Position numbers and translations under genes: made by a program. A stretch of DNA of 64,000 nt from Candidatus Thiovulum imperiosus (lineage in GTDB: Bacteria; Campylobacterota; Campylobacteria; Campylobacterales; Thiovulaceae), in the NCBI GenBank assembly GCA_024281175.1, contig JAMJTW010000027.1, positions 1,284-65,283 on the forward strand, given 5' to 3'. Under the pieces are notes generated by a model. That model was not told the origin of the DNA, made no database searches, and saw nothing but the letters and a program-made list of their open reading frames with translations. Below, in pieces: positions 29,898 through 38,731 of the stretch. Numbering within the stretch: position 1 is the stretch's first letter; every line of letters begins with the position of its first letter.

Positions 29898-30439
29898 TAT
29901 CTCTCCTCTCCAATCAGTTCTTGAATTCTCTTTTGTCTCATCTCCTCAATTCTCTCTACTCTTTTTTGAGAAACAAAAGGGTCTAGTAGAATTAGTTCCT
30001 CTTTTTCTCTATCAACTTCAAAATAGAAATATGCTGTAATATCTTCAATTGAAACTTTTAGATGAATTTTCCATCTACCCTCTTTTGGAAACTCAAAAGA
30101 GAAATCTGGAGTCTTAAAAACCTCATCAAAACCTACTGTTTCTGGTCGAGTCATTAAAATCTCAAATTCACTATTTTCACTTTCAAGAATCTCAGCATGA
30201 AAATCTAACTTCTCTTTTGAAACAACACTTTTAGAAACATCTAAACTATATTTTGAAGAGAAGAGAGCTTGTTCATAAAGAATCTCATTTATATTTTTAT
30301 CTGTAATGTGATAATTTTGAAGAAAAAGATTTGAATCTTGAACTGGATTCTCTAAAGCTATTACTATTGTTTTAAGAGAAGCTACAATTGCACCTATTAT
30401 CATTGCAACAATTACGTAAGGCCAAAGATTTATTCTCAT
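29894..30439 (-). CDS. FixH/CcoH-like protein
   Basis: N-terminal WPY + TM, NPVQD, Y...D.NIN, TRP, GRW. Confidence 0.7.
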   Translation of the reverse strand: MRINLWPYVIVAMIIGAIVASLKTIVIALENPVQDSNLFLQNYHITDKNINEILYEQALFSSKYSLDVSKSVVSKEKLDFHAEILESENSEFEILMTRPETVGFDEVFKTPDFSFEFPKEGRWKIHLKVSIEDITAYFYFEVDREKEELILLDPFVSQKRVERIEEMRQKRIQELIGEERY

Positions 30440-31011
30440 TTTTTAAGTACCTTTTTGTAAATTATATAAAATAGAGCAAGAAGCAGAATTCCGTAAAATA
30501 GGAGTCGAAGAGAGTTTATAACAATTTTATTAGCACTACCAACAGCACTATCTAAAGTGATATTGAGAGTATCTGCACTCTGTTCAACAATATCAGCATA
30601 GCCGTTGAATATTGCTACACTATATTTCTCTCTTGGGTCACCTTTTGTCTTTTCACCAAGAATTGGGAGAATTGTTCCACTCCAAGGATATGGACTTAAA
30701 ATTTGCTCTTTATCAAAGAGGTATTCAACATCAGAGATGATGTCTACTTTCTTTTCCAATTCAGAAAAGGTTAATAGTGTACTATTTTTTGGCAATGTTT
30801 TAAAATAGTCCAATCCAACTTTAGAAAGGCTTTCACCATTTGTTGAGTGCAACATTAAAATATATACACCAACTCCACTAAGTTCAAAAAGCTCTTTTCC
30901 CATAATATTCACCTCATCGTGAAACTCAACTTTCATTCCCAACTCATCTTTTAAAATGAAACTTGCTAAAAGTGGAATTTCAAAAAATAGAAGCAGTAAG
31001 AGAAATCTCAT
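30436..31011 (-). CDS. Conserved membrane protein (TPM-like), usually next to the cbb3 oxidase cluster
   Basis: EL...SGV, KKVDI, ILPIL, YSVAIFNGYADI.EQ, C-terminal TM. Confidence 0.6.
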   Translation of the reverse strand: MRFLLLLLFFEIPLLASFILKDELGMKVEFHDEVNIMGKELFELSGVGVYILMLHSTNGESLSKVGLDYFKTLPKNSTLLTFSELEKKVDIISDVEYLFDKEQILSPYPWSGTILPILGEKTKGDPREKYSVAIFNGYADIVEQSADTLNITLDSAVGSANKIVINSLRLLFYGILLLALFYIIYKKVLKK

Positions 31012-31033
31012 ATAAAAATCTACCTTTTTTTAG

Positions 31034-31197
31034 GGGAGTAACCAAATAGAGTATTTTTACGCTTTAACAACCCATATGTCATTTCGAACCCTTTCGGGTG
31101 AGAAATCTTTTAGTAAAACGATAAGTTTCCAAGATTTCTCAATCGCTACGCTTATATCGAAATGACAAGAGAGGCAGAAGCCTATTTGGTAACTCCC
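31034..31197 (-). mobile_element. MITE family 1, full copy
   Basis: TIRs GGGAGTAACCAAATAG and CTATTTGGTAACTCCC; 8-bp TSD TTTTTTAG at 31026-31033 and 31198-31205. Confidence 0.92.
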
Positions 31198-31290
31198 TTT
31201 TTTAGAAATGATAACAAATTCACTATTTGTTTAGAGTTACTCTCTTTTTGGTAAAATTTAAAATTAACTCCAAATCAGTAACGGGATAAC

Positions 31291-32214
31291 ATGTTTGAAG
31301 AATTGATAAAAAAATTAAAAGATAAAGACCACAGATACATTACTCTTGAGACAACTCCAACTCATTCAGCAAATATAGACTCACTAATTCAGAAAATAGA
31401 AAAGAGTGGTGTTGTAGATTTTATTGATGGATTTTCAACTACCGACAATCCCTTAGCAAAGTTGAAATATAGTGCAATTCTTGGAGCAGTTAAAATTCAG
31501 AATAGATTTCAGAAACCCGTTATCGCTACTGTTTCAATGAGAGATAGAAATAAGATAGCTTTACAATCAGACCTTTTAGGGGCAAACGATTTTGATATCA
31601 GAACAGTATTGGCATTGACAGGAGATAGTGCAAAAATCTCCGACCAACCAAATAGCAAAGGTGTTTTTGAGGGTGATAGTTCACTACTTTTAGATATAGT
31701 TGAGTGTTTCAATACAGGCATAAATTATGCTGGAAAGCCGTTTCCAGAAAATGGAAGACCGAAAACTATCTACCCATTTTCAGTTATCAATTCAGTAGCA
31801 AAAAATCCGAAAACTTTAATAAAAAAGATGGTTAAAAAGATAGAACACCACTCTGTTGGTCTAATTTCACAACCTGTATACAGTTTGGAACAGGCTGAAA
31901 ATTTACTAGCTCTTTTTGAAGATGCGAAAAGAGTTTGTAGATGTCCAAATCCAACAGCACAACTAATATTTGGATTTTTCCCTTTAACAAGATTTAGAAC
32001 AGCACAATTCTTATCAGTTCATGTTCCTGGAATTGAAGTTCCAAAAGAGTGGCTTAATGCTCTGAGAATTGCTTCAAGAGTTGGAGAAGAGGAAGAAGAG
32101 AGAGTTGGATTAGAGATGAGCAGAGAACTTTTTGAGAAACTTTTAAACTTTCACCCAAAAATACATATAATGACAGCTAATAAATTTGAGATAGCAAAAA
32201 AGATGTGGGAGTGA
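31291..32214 (+). CDS. metF: Methylenetetrahydrofolate reductase
   Basis: TDNPLA, RDRN.IALQS.LLGA, LALTGD, SQPVY, VPGI.VP. Confidence 0.85.
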   Translation: MFEELIKKLKDKDHRYITLETTPTHSANIDSLIQKIEKSGVVDFIDGFSTTDNPLAKLKYSAILGAVKIQNRFQKPVIATVSMRDRNKIALQSDLLGANDFDIRTVLALTGDSAKISDQPNSKGVFEGDSSLLLDIVECFNTGINYAGKPFPENGRPKTIYPFSVINSVAKNPKTLIKKMVKKIEHHSVGLISQPVYSLEQAENLLALFEDAKRVCRCPNPTAQLIFGFFPLTRFRTAQFLSVHVPGIEVPKEWLNALRIASRVGEEEEERVGLEMSRELFEKLLNFHPKIHIMTANKFEIAKKMWE

Positions 32215-32218
32215 TTTT

Positions 32219-32926
32219 ATGGTAGAGTTTATTGAAGAAAACGAAGACATCATTACAGGAATAGCAAAAATATCACACTCTCTTAATATCAGTTTTTCAG
32301 CACAAAATGATATTTTAAACTCTATCTTCTCAACACTGGAAATAATAAAAAGAGAGTTAGATTTAGATTTTTCAAATAGAGAGAGAGAGTTTCGAGAATT
32401 AGAGCATATTAGCAGAGATATAAAAGATAATTTTACATTTACACTTTCTATTGCTGATGAGGTGAAAAGTATTGATGAAGTTCTTCAAAAGATAAATAGG
32501 GAGACTCTAAATTTAACTCTAAAATCAAAAGATGAAAATGTCTCAAATAGCTCAAAATCCGTTCGAGAATTTAGTGATGAAATTAAAGAAGTTGTAAATA
32601 AAATTTTTACAAAAGAGATAAGAAATAAGACTTTTGGAGAACACAACAGATATATTAGAAACTCTGTTGTTCACCGTATTGATGATGAACTTTCAAGTTT
32701 AAAAAAATATATAGAGAGTAAAGATGGTCATCTTAAAAAGTTAGCAAAAATAGAGCGATATGTAAACTCTTTTAGTGAAGTTATTTCTCAAAATATGGCG
32801 ATGGCAAAAGGGATAGAACGACTTTTAGATGCTCTTACAGTAGATGGAGAGAAATTTGATTTTCAATCTGAAAAGAGTGAAGAGAATGGTAAAAAAATAA
32901 ATAGAGAGACAAAAGGGAAATTTTGA
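32219..32926 (+). CDS. Soluble coiled-coil protein, degenerate chemoreceptor signalling-like
   Basis: IDEVLQKINRETLNLTL resembles MCP I..IA.QTNLLALN; ISQN; overlaps cheD start. Confidence 0.45.
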   Translation: MVEFIEENEDIITGIAKISHSLNISFSAQNDILNSIFSTLEIIKRELDLDFSNREREFRELEHISRDIKDNFTFTLSIADEVKSIDEVLQKINRETLNLTLKSKDENVSNSSKSVREFSDEIKEVVNKIFTKEIRNKTFGEHNRYIRNSVVHRIDDELSSLKKYIESKDGHLKKLAKIERYVNSFSEVISQNMAMAKGIERLLDALTVDGEKFDFQSEKSEENGKKINRETKGKF

Positions 32927-33366
32927 ATAAGATAATTGTTACATCAGAACAGGTGGTCTTTTTTGAAGAAGAGAGTGAAATCATTACTGTTGTTGGCTCA
33001 TCTTTAGCAGTTACTCTATATGATAGAGTGAAAGAGATTGGTGGATTACTTCACTTTCTTGAACCGAAATGGAATGGAATAGGAGTCAAAAGCTGTCGGT
33101 ACGGAGATATTGGAACAGAGGAGCTTATTGAAAAATTTCTGAAAAGTGGTAGTAAAAAAGAGGATATTGTTGCAAATATAGTTGGTGGAGCAATTATTGG
33201 TGAGTATAGTGATGATTTACCTATTGGTCTTAAAAATGTGAAATCAGCAAAAGATACTCTTGGAAAATTTGGCATCGCTATCGATACAGTTGATGTTGGA
33301 AAGGAGCTTGGACGATTTCTCTCTTTCAACTCTAAAAGTGGAATTTTGAATATTAGAAAGAGATAG
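32923..33366 (+). CDS. cheD: CheD-family chemoreceptor deamidase (catalytic Cys replaced by Ser)
   Basis: TVVGSSLAVTLYD, GGLLHF, RYGD, GGA, IGLKNV, DVG..GR. Confidence 0.85.
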   Translation: MNKIIVTSEQVVFFEEESEIITVVGSSLAVTLYDRVKEIGGLLHFLEPKWNGIGVKSCRYGDIGTEELIEKFLKSGSKKEDIVANIVGGAIIGEYSDDLPIGLKNVKSAKDTLGKFGIAIDTVDVGKELGRFLSFNSKSGILNIRKR

Positions 33367-33367
33367 T

Positions 33368-34168
33368 GTGAAAATAGTCAAAGAGTTTGAAAATTTAGAG
33401 AGTCGTTCTATCGGTTTTGTTCCAACAATGGGAGCATTGCATGATGGACACAGAGAGTTATTGAAAAGAGGTAGAGCGGAAAATGAACTTCTGGTTCTCT
33501 CTATTTTTGTAAATCCAACTCAATTTTTAGAAGGTGAAGATTTCTCAAAATATCCGAGAACTTTAGAAGAGGATATAAAAATTGCAAAAGAGATTGGAGT
33601 CGATATTCTTTTTCTTCCAGATGTAGAAACTCTGTACAGTGGTGATGAGGTCTCTATTTTAGCACCAAAAATTCGAGGTTTTATTTTAGAGGGAAAAGGT
33701 AGAGTTGGACATTTTAACGGTGTTCTTCAGGTTGTTTTAAAACTATTTAACATTGTCAAGCCTCATAAAGCATATTTTGGAAAGAAAGATGCTCAACAAC
33801 TCATTCTCATAGAAAGTATGGTAAAAAATCTATTTTTAGATATCGAAATAGTTCCAGTAGATATAGTGCGAGACTTTGATGGTGTTGCACTCTCTAGTCG
33901 AAATCGATATCTCTCAAAAGAGGAACGAAAACTTGCTATCAAAATACCTAAAGCTCTAACAACTGGAGAAACTCTTTTAAAATCTGGAAACTCTCTCCAA
34001 AGTACAAAGAGGGCTATGCTTTCTGCTTTAGAAGATTTAGAAATTGGATATGTGGAAATTCGAGATAGAAATCTGAATTTACTTCAAAAATTTGAAAAGG
34101 AAAATACAATAATTCTCATTGCTGTAAAAGTTGGAAAGACCCGACTTATAGATAATATCTGGCTATAA
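33368..34168 (+). CDS. panC: Pantothenate synthetase
   Basis: VPTMGALHDGH, SIFVNPTQF, FGKKDAQQ, SSRN, RLIDN. Confidence 0.97.
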   Translation: MKIVKEFENLESRSIGFVPTMGALHDGHRELLKRGRAENELLVLSIFVNPTQFLEGEDFSKYPRTLEEDIKIAKEIGVDILFLPDVETLYSGDEVSILAPKIRGFILEGKGRVGHFNGVLQVVLKLFNIVKPHKAYFGKKDAQQLILIESMVKNLFLDIEIVPVDIVRDFDGVALSSRNRYLSKEERKLAIKIPKALTTGETLLKSGNSLQSTKRAMLSALEDLEIGYVEIRDRNLNLLQKFEKENTIILIAVKVGKTRLIDNIWL

Positions 34169-34172
34169 GTTA

Positions 34173-34233
34173 CCTTAACTTGGGCGGAATGGAGAGGTCT
34201 CCTTTCCAAGATTTCTTGAGTAGCTCGAAATGA
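34173..34233 (-). mobile_element. Isolated IS231-like end next to a REP-like half element
   Basis: Minus strand CATTCCGCCCAAGTTAAGG (34191-34173), adjacent to TTCCAAGATTTCTTGAGTAGCTCGAAATGAC. Confidence 0.45.
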
Positions 34234-34235
34234 CG

Positions 34236-34934
34236 CTATTTTTGAACCTCATCAGCAATTGAAACCATTTTTGCAAAATCTAAAGGTTCTAAACTAGCAC
34301 CTCCAACTAAAACACCATCACAATTTGGTAGAGAGAGTATCTCCACACTGTTTGATAGTTTTACACTACCCCCGTAAAGCACTTTTTTTCCAGACAGTTT
34401 ATGAAGTTTCTCTAAAATAGAGTCTATCTCTTGTAGAGTTGGTGTAATTCCAGTACCAATTGCCCATATCGGCTCATAAGCAATTACAAAATCTTTAGAG
34501 AGGTCTATCTTTTCTAGCTGTCTATTTAAAAATTCTAAAACTTTCTCTTCTCCCTCTCTTCTAATTTCTAAACTCTCTCCAATACAGAGAATTACTTTAA
34601 AACTGTTTTCTGTAAAAAAGTCAAATTTCTCAGCTATAAATTTATCTCTCTCTTTTAAAATCTCTCTTCTTTCAGAGTGTCCGATAAGAATATATTTAGT
34701 TTGAAACTCTTCTAACTGCTCTAAACCTATCTCTCCTGTAAAAGCACCATTTTCTGTTGGATAGGCATTTTGTGTTCCAACCGATACTTTTCCTTTCCAA
34801 GATTGTAGTGCTGTTGATGGTGGAAAGATAACAACTTCAGAAGAGGAGTTTAAAACTTCAGCTTCCAATTTCTCTAAATACTCTTTTGTTCCCTCTCTCG
34901 TTTTAAAACTTTTAAAGTTTCCCGCTATAATCAA
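34236..34934 (-). CDS. tpiA: Triosephosphate isomerase
   Basis: AGNFK, GAFTGE, IGHSERR, AYEPIWAIGTG, YGGSV, GGASL. Confidence 0.97.
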   Translation of the reverse strand: MIIAGNFKSFKTREGTKEYLEKLEAEVLNSSSEVVIFPPSTALQSWKGKVSVGTQNAYPTENGAFTGEIGLEQLEEFQTKYILIGHSERREILKERDKFIAEKFDFFTENSFKVILCIGESLEIRREGEEKVLEFLNRQLEKIDLSKDFVIAYEPIWAIGTGITPTLQEIDSILEKLHKLSGKKVLYGGSVKLSNSVEILSLPNCDGVLVGGASLEPLDFAKMVSIADEVQK

Positions 34935-34943
34935 ATCTCTTCC

Positions 34944-35729
34944 TTAAATTTTTGAGAGAATATCATTTTTAACAATTCTAAGTCTTTCCATAATAGTTCC
35001 CTCTATTGTTCCCACATCACTAACTATTATGACACCACCTTGAGATACAGCTATGTCTGATATAACTTTCAAGTTTGAAATATCTGAAAGACCATTTTTA
35101 ACAATTTCTAAATCGCTACTATTGACATGAATTGTTATATCTTTCGCTTCAGAGAGATTTTTGAGTAGAGACTTTGTAAGATTTATTGCAACCTGTCCGC
35201 TGTTGTAAGTTATCTCATTTGTAATAACCTCTTTTGCAATTGCAACAGATGTGTGAACAAGCTCTTTTTCAACTGATTGCATCATACTAGAAAAACTTTT
35301 ACCTAACTCTTCCAATTTCTGAATAGAGTTTGAGAGATGATTTAAAGAAGTTCTATACTCCTCTTGAGCCTCTCCTTTTGCATGAGAGAGTCCATCTCTT
35401 GCACCTCGTTCATACTCTTCTCTCTTCATCTTTTCAAGTTCATTTTGAAAAAGCATCTCTTGATTTGAGAGTTTATTTTGAAGGTTCTGTATCTCAGAAG
35501 TAAGAATATCACCTTTGTCTAAAAGAGCTGTAATTATCTCATCTCTTTTGCTCTCTTTTTCACTACTTTTCTTTTCCGAAACCTCTTGTTTTGACTCTAC
35601 ACTCTTTCCAACTTCTTTAGGAATAAAAGGTTGAAAATCATCATTTTCTCCATAAAGATTTAGCTCTCCAAATAGAAATGGAGAGATATCATGTTTATCT
35701 CTCTCATCATCTTTAATGATACCAGTCAT
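34944..35729 (-). CDS. fliH: Flagellar assembly protein FliH
   Basis: YERGARDG glycine repeat, IAKEVI, ITIHVN..D, DIAVSQGGVII. Confidence 0.85.
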   Translation of the reverse strand: MTGIIKDDERDKHDISPFLFGELNLYGENDDFQPFIPKEVGKSVESKQEVSEKKSSEKESKRDEIITALLDKGDILTSEIQNLQNKLSNQEMLFQNELEKMKREEYERGARDGLSHAKGEAQEEYRTSLNHLSNSIQKLEELGKSFSSMMQSVEKELVHTSVAIAKEVITNEITYNSGQVAINLTKSLLKNLSEAKDITIHVNSSDLEIVKNGLSDISNLKVISDIAVSQGGVIIVSDVGTIEGTIMERLRIVKNDILSKI

Positions 35730-36226
35730 TACAATCCTCTTATCTCAAATCCAATGTTCACATCTTGCCAAGTCTTTCCTGCATGTAGATAGTAACAAGC
35801 ACTATTTATAGATTTTAGAGATGGCAACATATTGAAATCTGAAAGGTCTATTTTTCCATTTCCAGAAAGAGTATCTCCAACTTTAGAAGTTTTTACTAAC
35901 ATCTCTTTTGAAATACCATTCATAGATATTTCTAATTTCATATACTTTTTGTAAACTTCTAAAACTTTGGCTTCTATTTTAGATACGCCTTGAACTTTCC
36001 AAAAGAACTCTACAAGAGTGATATCTCTACCTAAATTATTTGAATTGATTGATGAGGTTTTTATAGATAAATTTAAATTTTCTAATTTGTCTCCATGTAC
36101 AGAAACGGCTCGAAAATCTCCAGAAACTCCAACTTTTGCTGGTGTCTTAAATGCTGTCCATTTAACATCTACCTCAACTGCTAAAATAGTAGAAACTACT
36201 GATAAAAATAGAAGAAACGATTTCAT
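35729..36226 (-). CDS. YceI-like secreted protein
   Basis: Signal peptide; WTAFKTPAKVGVSG; SINSNN.GRD; C..LH.GKTW.DV. Confidence 0.75.
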   Translation of the reverse strand: MKSFLLFLSVVSTILAVEVDVKWTAFKTPAKVGVSGDFRAVSVHGDKLENLNLSIKTSSINSNNLGRDITLVEFFWKVQGVSKIEAKVLEVYKKYMKLEISMNGISKEMLVKTSKVGDTLSGNGKIDLSDFNMLPSLKSINSACYYLHAGKTWQDVNIGFEIRGL

Positions 36227-36308
36227 AAAATCCCTTAAATATTGTTTTCTGAATTATAGCTAGAATTAGGAAATAGGAGTTTCCCCAAAAGGGGGGAGGG
36301 AGGAGATT

Positions 36309-36467
36309 TTAATGTCCTTTTGCAAGAACTTTAATAATTTGAAGATTATATCTAGCAAATTTAAATAGTTGCCAAATTACACAAGTTCTTGTAAATCTAG
36401 CAAAACTTTGAGGCTCCATCCAAGCATCACCCAATTGTGAATATGGAACAAATTTAACTTTTTTCAT
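36309..36467 (-). CDS. Unannotated 52-aa protein downstream of sqr
   Basis: AAGGA SD then ATG; MKKVKFVPYSQLGDAWMEPQSFARFTRTCVIWQLFKFARYNLQIIKVLAKGH; 16 nt after the sqr stop; below the ORF-track cutoff. Confidence 0.8.
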   Translation of the reverse strand: MKKVKFVPYSQLGDAWMEPQSFARFTRTCVIWQLFKFARYNLQIIKVLAKGH

Positions 36468-36483
36468 TTCTATCCTTTATATC

Positions 36484-37923
36484 TTAATCTGGAATTAACC
36501 ACCAACCAAATTTACCTTTCATTTTGTAAATGAATAGGTGGTGAAGAAGAGCTTTTAGCCAATGTCCAGCAAGACCTTGGTCTCCAAATGTTGCGTCCAT
36601 ATCTCTACCATACTCATATTTCTCATAGTTTGGAACAACTGGATACATAGCAATTACTGCTGCACTACCTCTAGTCATAGATTTACCCATAGAAGCAACA
36701 CAAGCTGCACCAAAATCACCCATAGAAGCTGTATGCTCAGGTTCAGAAGATTTTCCATTTACAATATCAGCAACAGACATTGCAACAACATGACCGATGA
36801 TACCAGCAGCCATACCTGTTCTTGGAGGAGAAGCTACAATTGGAGTACCATCTGGAGAAGCAGCAGGTTTAGAGATTGGGTGTGGAGGAGCAAAAGAAAT
36901 TCCAGCAGCATAAATATTTTTATAAGTCTGATTTTGATAAGTTAAAGGCCAATCCTCTTTTCTCCAATTGTCAAAACCTCTTGGTGCTGAAGAGTAGTCA
37001 GCATCAACTTTAAGCATACCATTTGGAGCACAGAGGTCACCTGTAATATCAGAACCATCTTTTGTAATATATTTGATTGGAACACCAGCAAATGCAGGAA
37101 TTAGCATTGCAAAATCGAACTCTTCTGTTTGAACTTCTGAAGACTCGACAGTTTTATAGTGAGCTTTTCCTGCTTCTACTTTTGTTACAGCAGCACCAGT
37201 TATCCACTCAATACCTTGTTCCATAAAAGATGCTTCAGCGAAAATTTTTCCAGAAACAATATGTCCAGCCTTACCAATAACCATTCCACCAACACCAAAG
37301 TCTCCTAACATTCTTTCGTTAGAAATCCATTTGATTTGAGCTTTATCAAGAAGTCCTCTCTGCTCAAGGTCAAAAGCGATATTGTGAATGTACTCAAATC
37401 CAGCACCTTGACAAGTTGCCATACCGTGACCTGTTCCGATAAGCATCTTAACAGTTTCACCTTTTTCCATTCTCTCAACCATTTTGAGATACTCTTCTCC
37501 AGCTTCAGCAGCATGGTTTGGAGTACAGATAGAAACAGTATGTCCATGGTCAGGTCCAAGCCCTTCTGTCATATCATAAGCTAATCTTGGTCCAGTAGCA
37601 TTGATAAGGTAATCATACTCTACTTTCTCACTTCCACCATCTAAAAGGTCTACTGTAACAAATTGCTCTTCAACATGAACCTCTTTAGCAAGACCATTCA
37701 CATAATTTATTCCCTTTTTCTTATAAACAGGTGCTAAATCAAATTGAGTTTCACTAACGTCCATTTTTCCGACACCAACCCAAACCCAAGATGGAACATA
37801 TCCAAACTTCTTGTTAGGTGTGATGACAGTAACTTCATGGTCTTTCTTCTTAAGACTTTTTCTAAGGTTGAGAGCAGCAGTTTGACCAGCAAACCCCGAA
37901 CCTAAAACAACTACTTTTGCCAT
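36484..37923 (-). CDS. sqr: Sulfide:quinone oxidoreductase, probably type VI (SqrF)
   Basis: VVLGSGFAG, SICTP.HA, CQGAGFEY, MLIP.F.G, PPRTGM, ACVASMG. Confidence 0.88.
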   Translation of the reverse strand: MAKVVVLGSGFAGQTAALNLRKSLKKKDHEVTVITPNKKFGYVPSWVWVGVGKMDVSETQFDLAPVYKKKGINYVNGLAKEVHVEEQFVTVDLLDGGSEKVEYDYLINATGPRLAYDMTEGLGPDHGHTVSICTPNHAAEAGEEYLKMVERMEKGETVKMLIGTGHGMATCQGAGFEYIHNIAFDLEQRGLLDKAQIKWISNERMLGDFGVGGMVIGKAGHIVSGKIFAEASFMEQGIEWITGAAVTKVEAGKAHYKTVESSEVQTEEFDFAMLIPAFAGVPIKYITKDGSDITGDLCAPNGMLKVDADYSSAPRGFDNWRKEDWPLTYQNQTYKNIYAAGISFAPPHPISKPAASPDGTPIVASPPRTGMAAGIIGHVVAMSVADIVNGKSSEPEHTASMGDFGAACVASMGKSMTRGSAAVIAMYPVVPNYEKYEYGRDMDATFGDQGLAGHWLKALLHHLFIYKMKGKFGWWLIPD

Positions 37924-37936
37924 TAAATACTACCTT

Positions 37937-38004
37937 ATAACTTTAAGTTATGAAACTTATCATTTTAATAAAACCATAAGCTGATAAATTAAGTAAACAG
38001 CTTA
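37937..38004 (-). promoter_or_regulatory. sqr promoter with candidate operators
   Basis: TAAAAT -10 (37967-37962); palindrome ATAACTTTAAGTTAT (37937-37951); TAAGCTG-N14-CAGCTTA (37977-38004). Confidence 0.45.
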
Positions 38005-38198
38005 AGTGTATTAGTTTATATCTTAATTTACAATAAATAGAATTTATACTAAATAGTTAAAAACTTCTAATATCTCGGTTGTATCGTATTTTACATGCTG
38101 TTTTGAAACTAAAATTTTTAAGCCAATTAGAGACAAAAAAATCATTTAGTAAATAAAACATTTGGAAACAGAATTTGAATTCCAAATATTTTTTAAAT

Positions 38199-38708
38199 TT
38201 AAACTCTTTTGAGAATATTTTTGAAAACTTTTTTAGATTCTAAAATGTAATCAGCCAAATCTCGAAAAGCACCTTCACCACCTTTTGAAGGTGTGACATA
38301 ATCAACACTATTTTTGATGTAATATCTTGAGTCAGATGGTGTAACAGAGAGACCAACATGTTCTAAAATTGGCAAATCATTAATATCATCTCCAATATAG
38401 GCAACTTGGGAAGTTTTCAATCCATACTTTTGAAGAAATCTTTTTAACTCAAGAAGTTTGTTATCAACTCCCTTTCTATAAAAATCTATTTCAAGTTCTT
38501 CAATTCGTCTATCAACACTTTTTGAGTCTCTACCAGTAATAACACCGACAACAATACCAACATCTTTAAGATGTTTGATTATTTGACCATCTTTTACATT
38601 AAATTTTTTAAACTCATTTCCACTATTATCATAGTAGATACCGCCATCTGTTAGGACACCATCAACATCTGTTAAGATTGCTGTTATCTGTTCTGCTTTA
38701 ACTTTCAA
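38199..38708 (-). CDS. kdsC: KDO 8-phosphate phosphatase (HAD, KdsC/YrbI family)
   Basis: DVDGVLTDG, FNVKDG, ITGR, IGDDIND, GGEGAFR. Confidence 0.88.
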   Translation of the reverse strand: MKVKAEQITAILTDVDGVLTDGGIYYDNSGNEFKKFNVKDGQIIKHLKDVGIVVGVITGRDSKSVDRRIEELEIDFYRKGVDNKLLELKRFLQKYGLKTSQVAYIGDDINDLPILEHVGLSVTPSDSRYYIKNSVDYVTPSKGGEGAFRDLADYILESKKVFKNILKRV

Positions 38709-38731
38709 CTATTCACCTTACTTATCTACAT

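Noticed and set aside
38161-38180. Possible sigma-54 site TTGGAAACAGAATTTGA
   Set aside because: It does not satisfy GG-N10-GC, and no gene is oriented downstream
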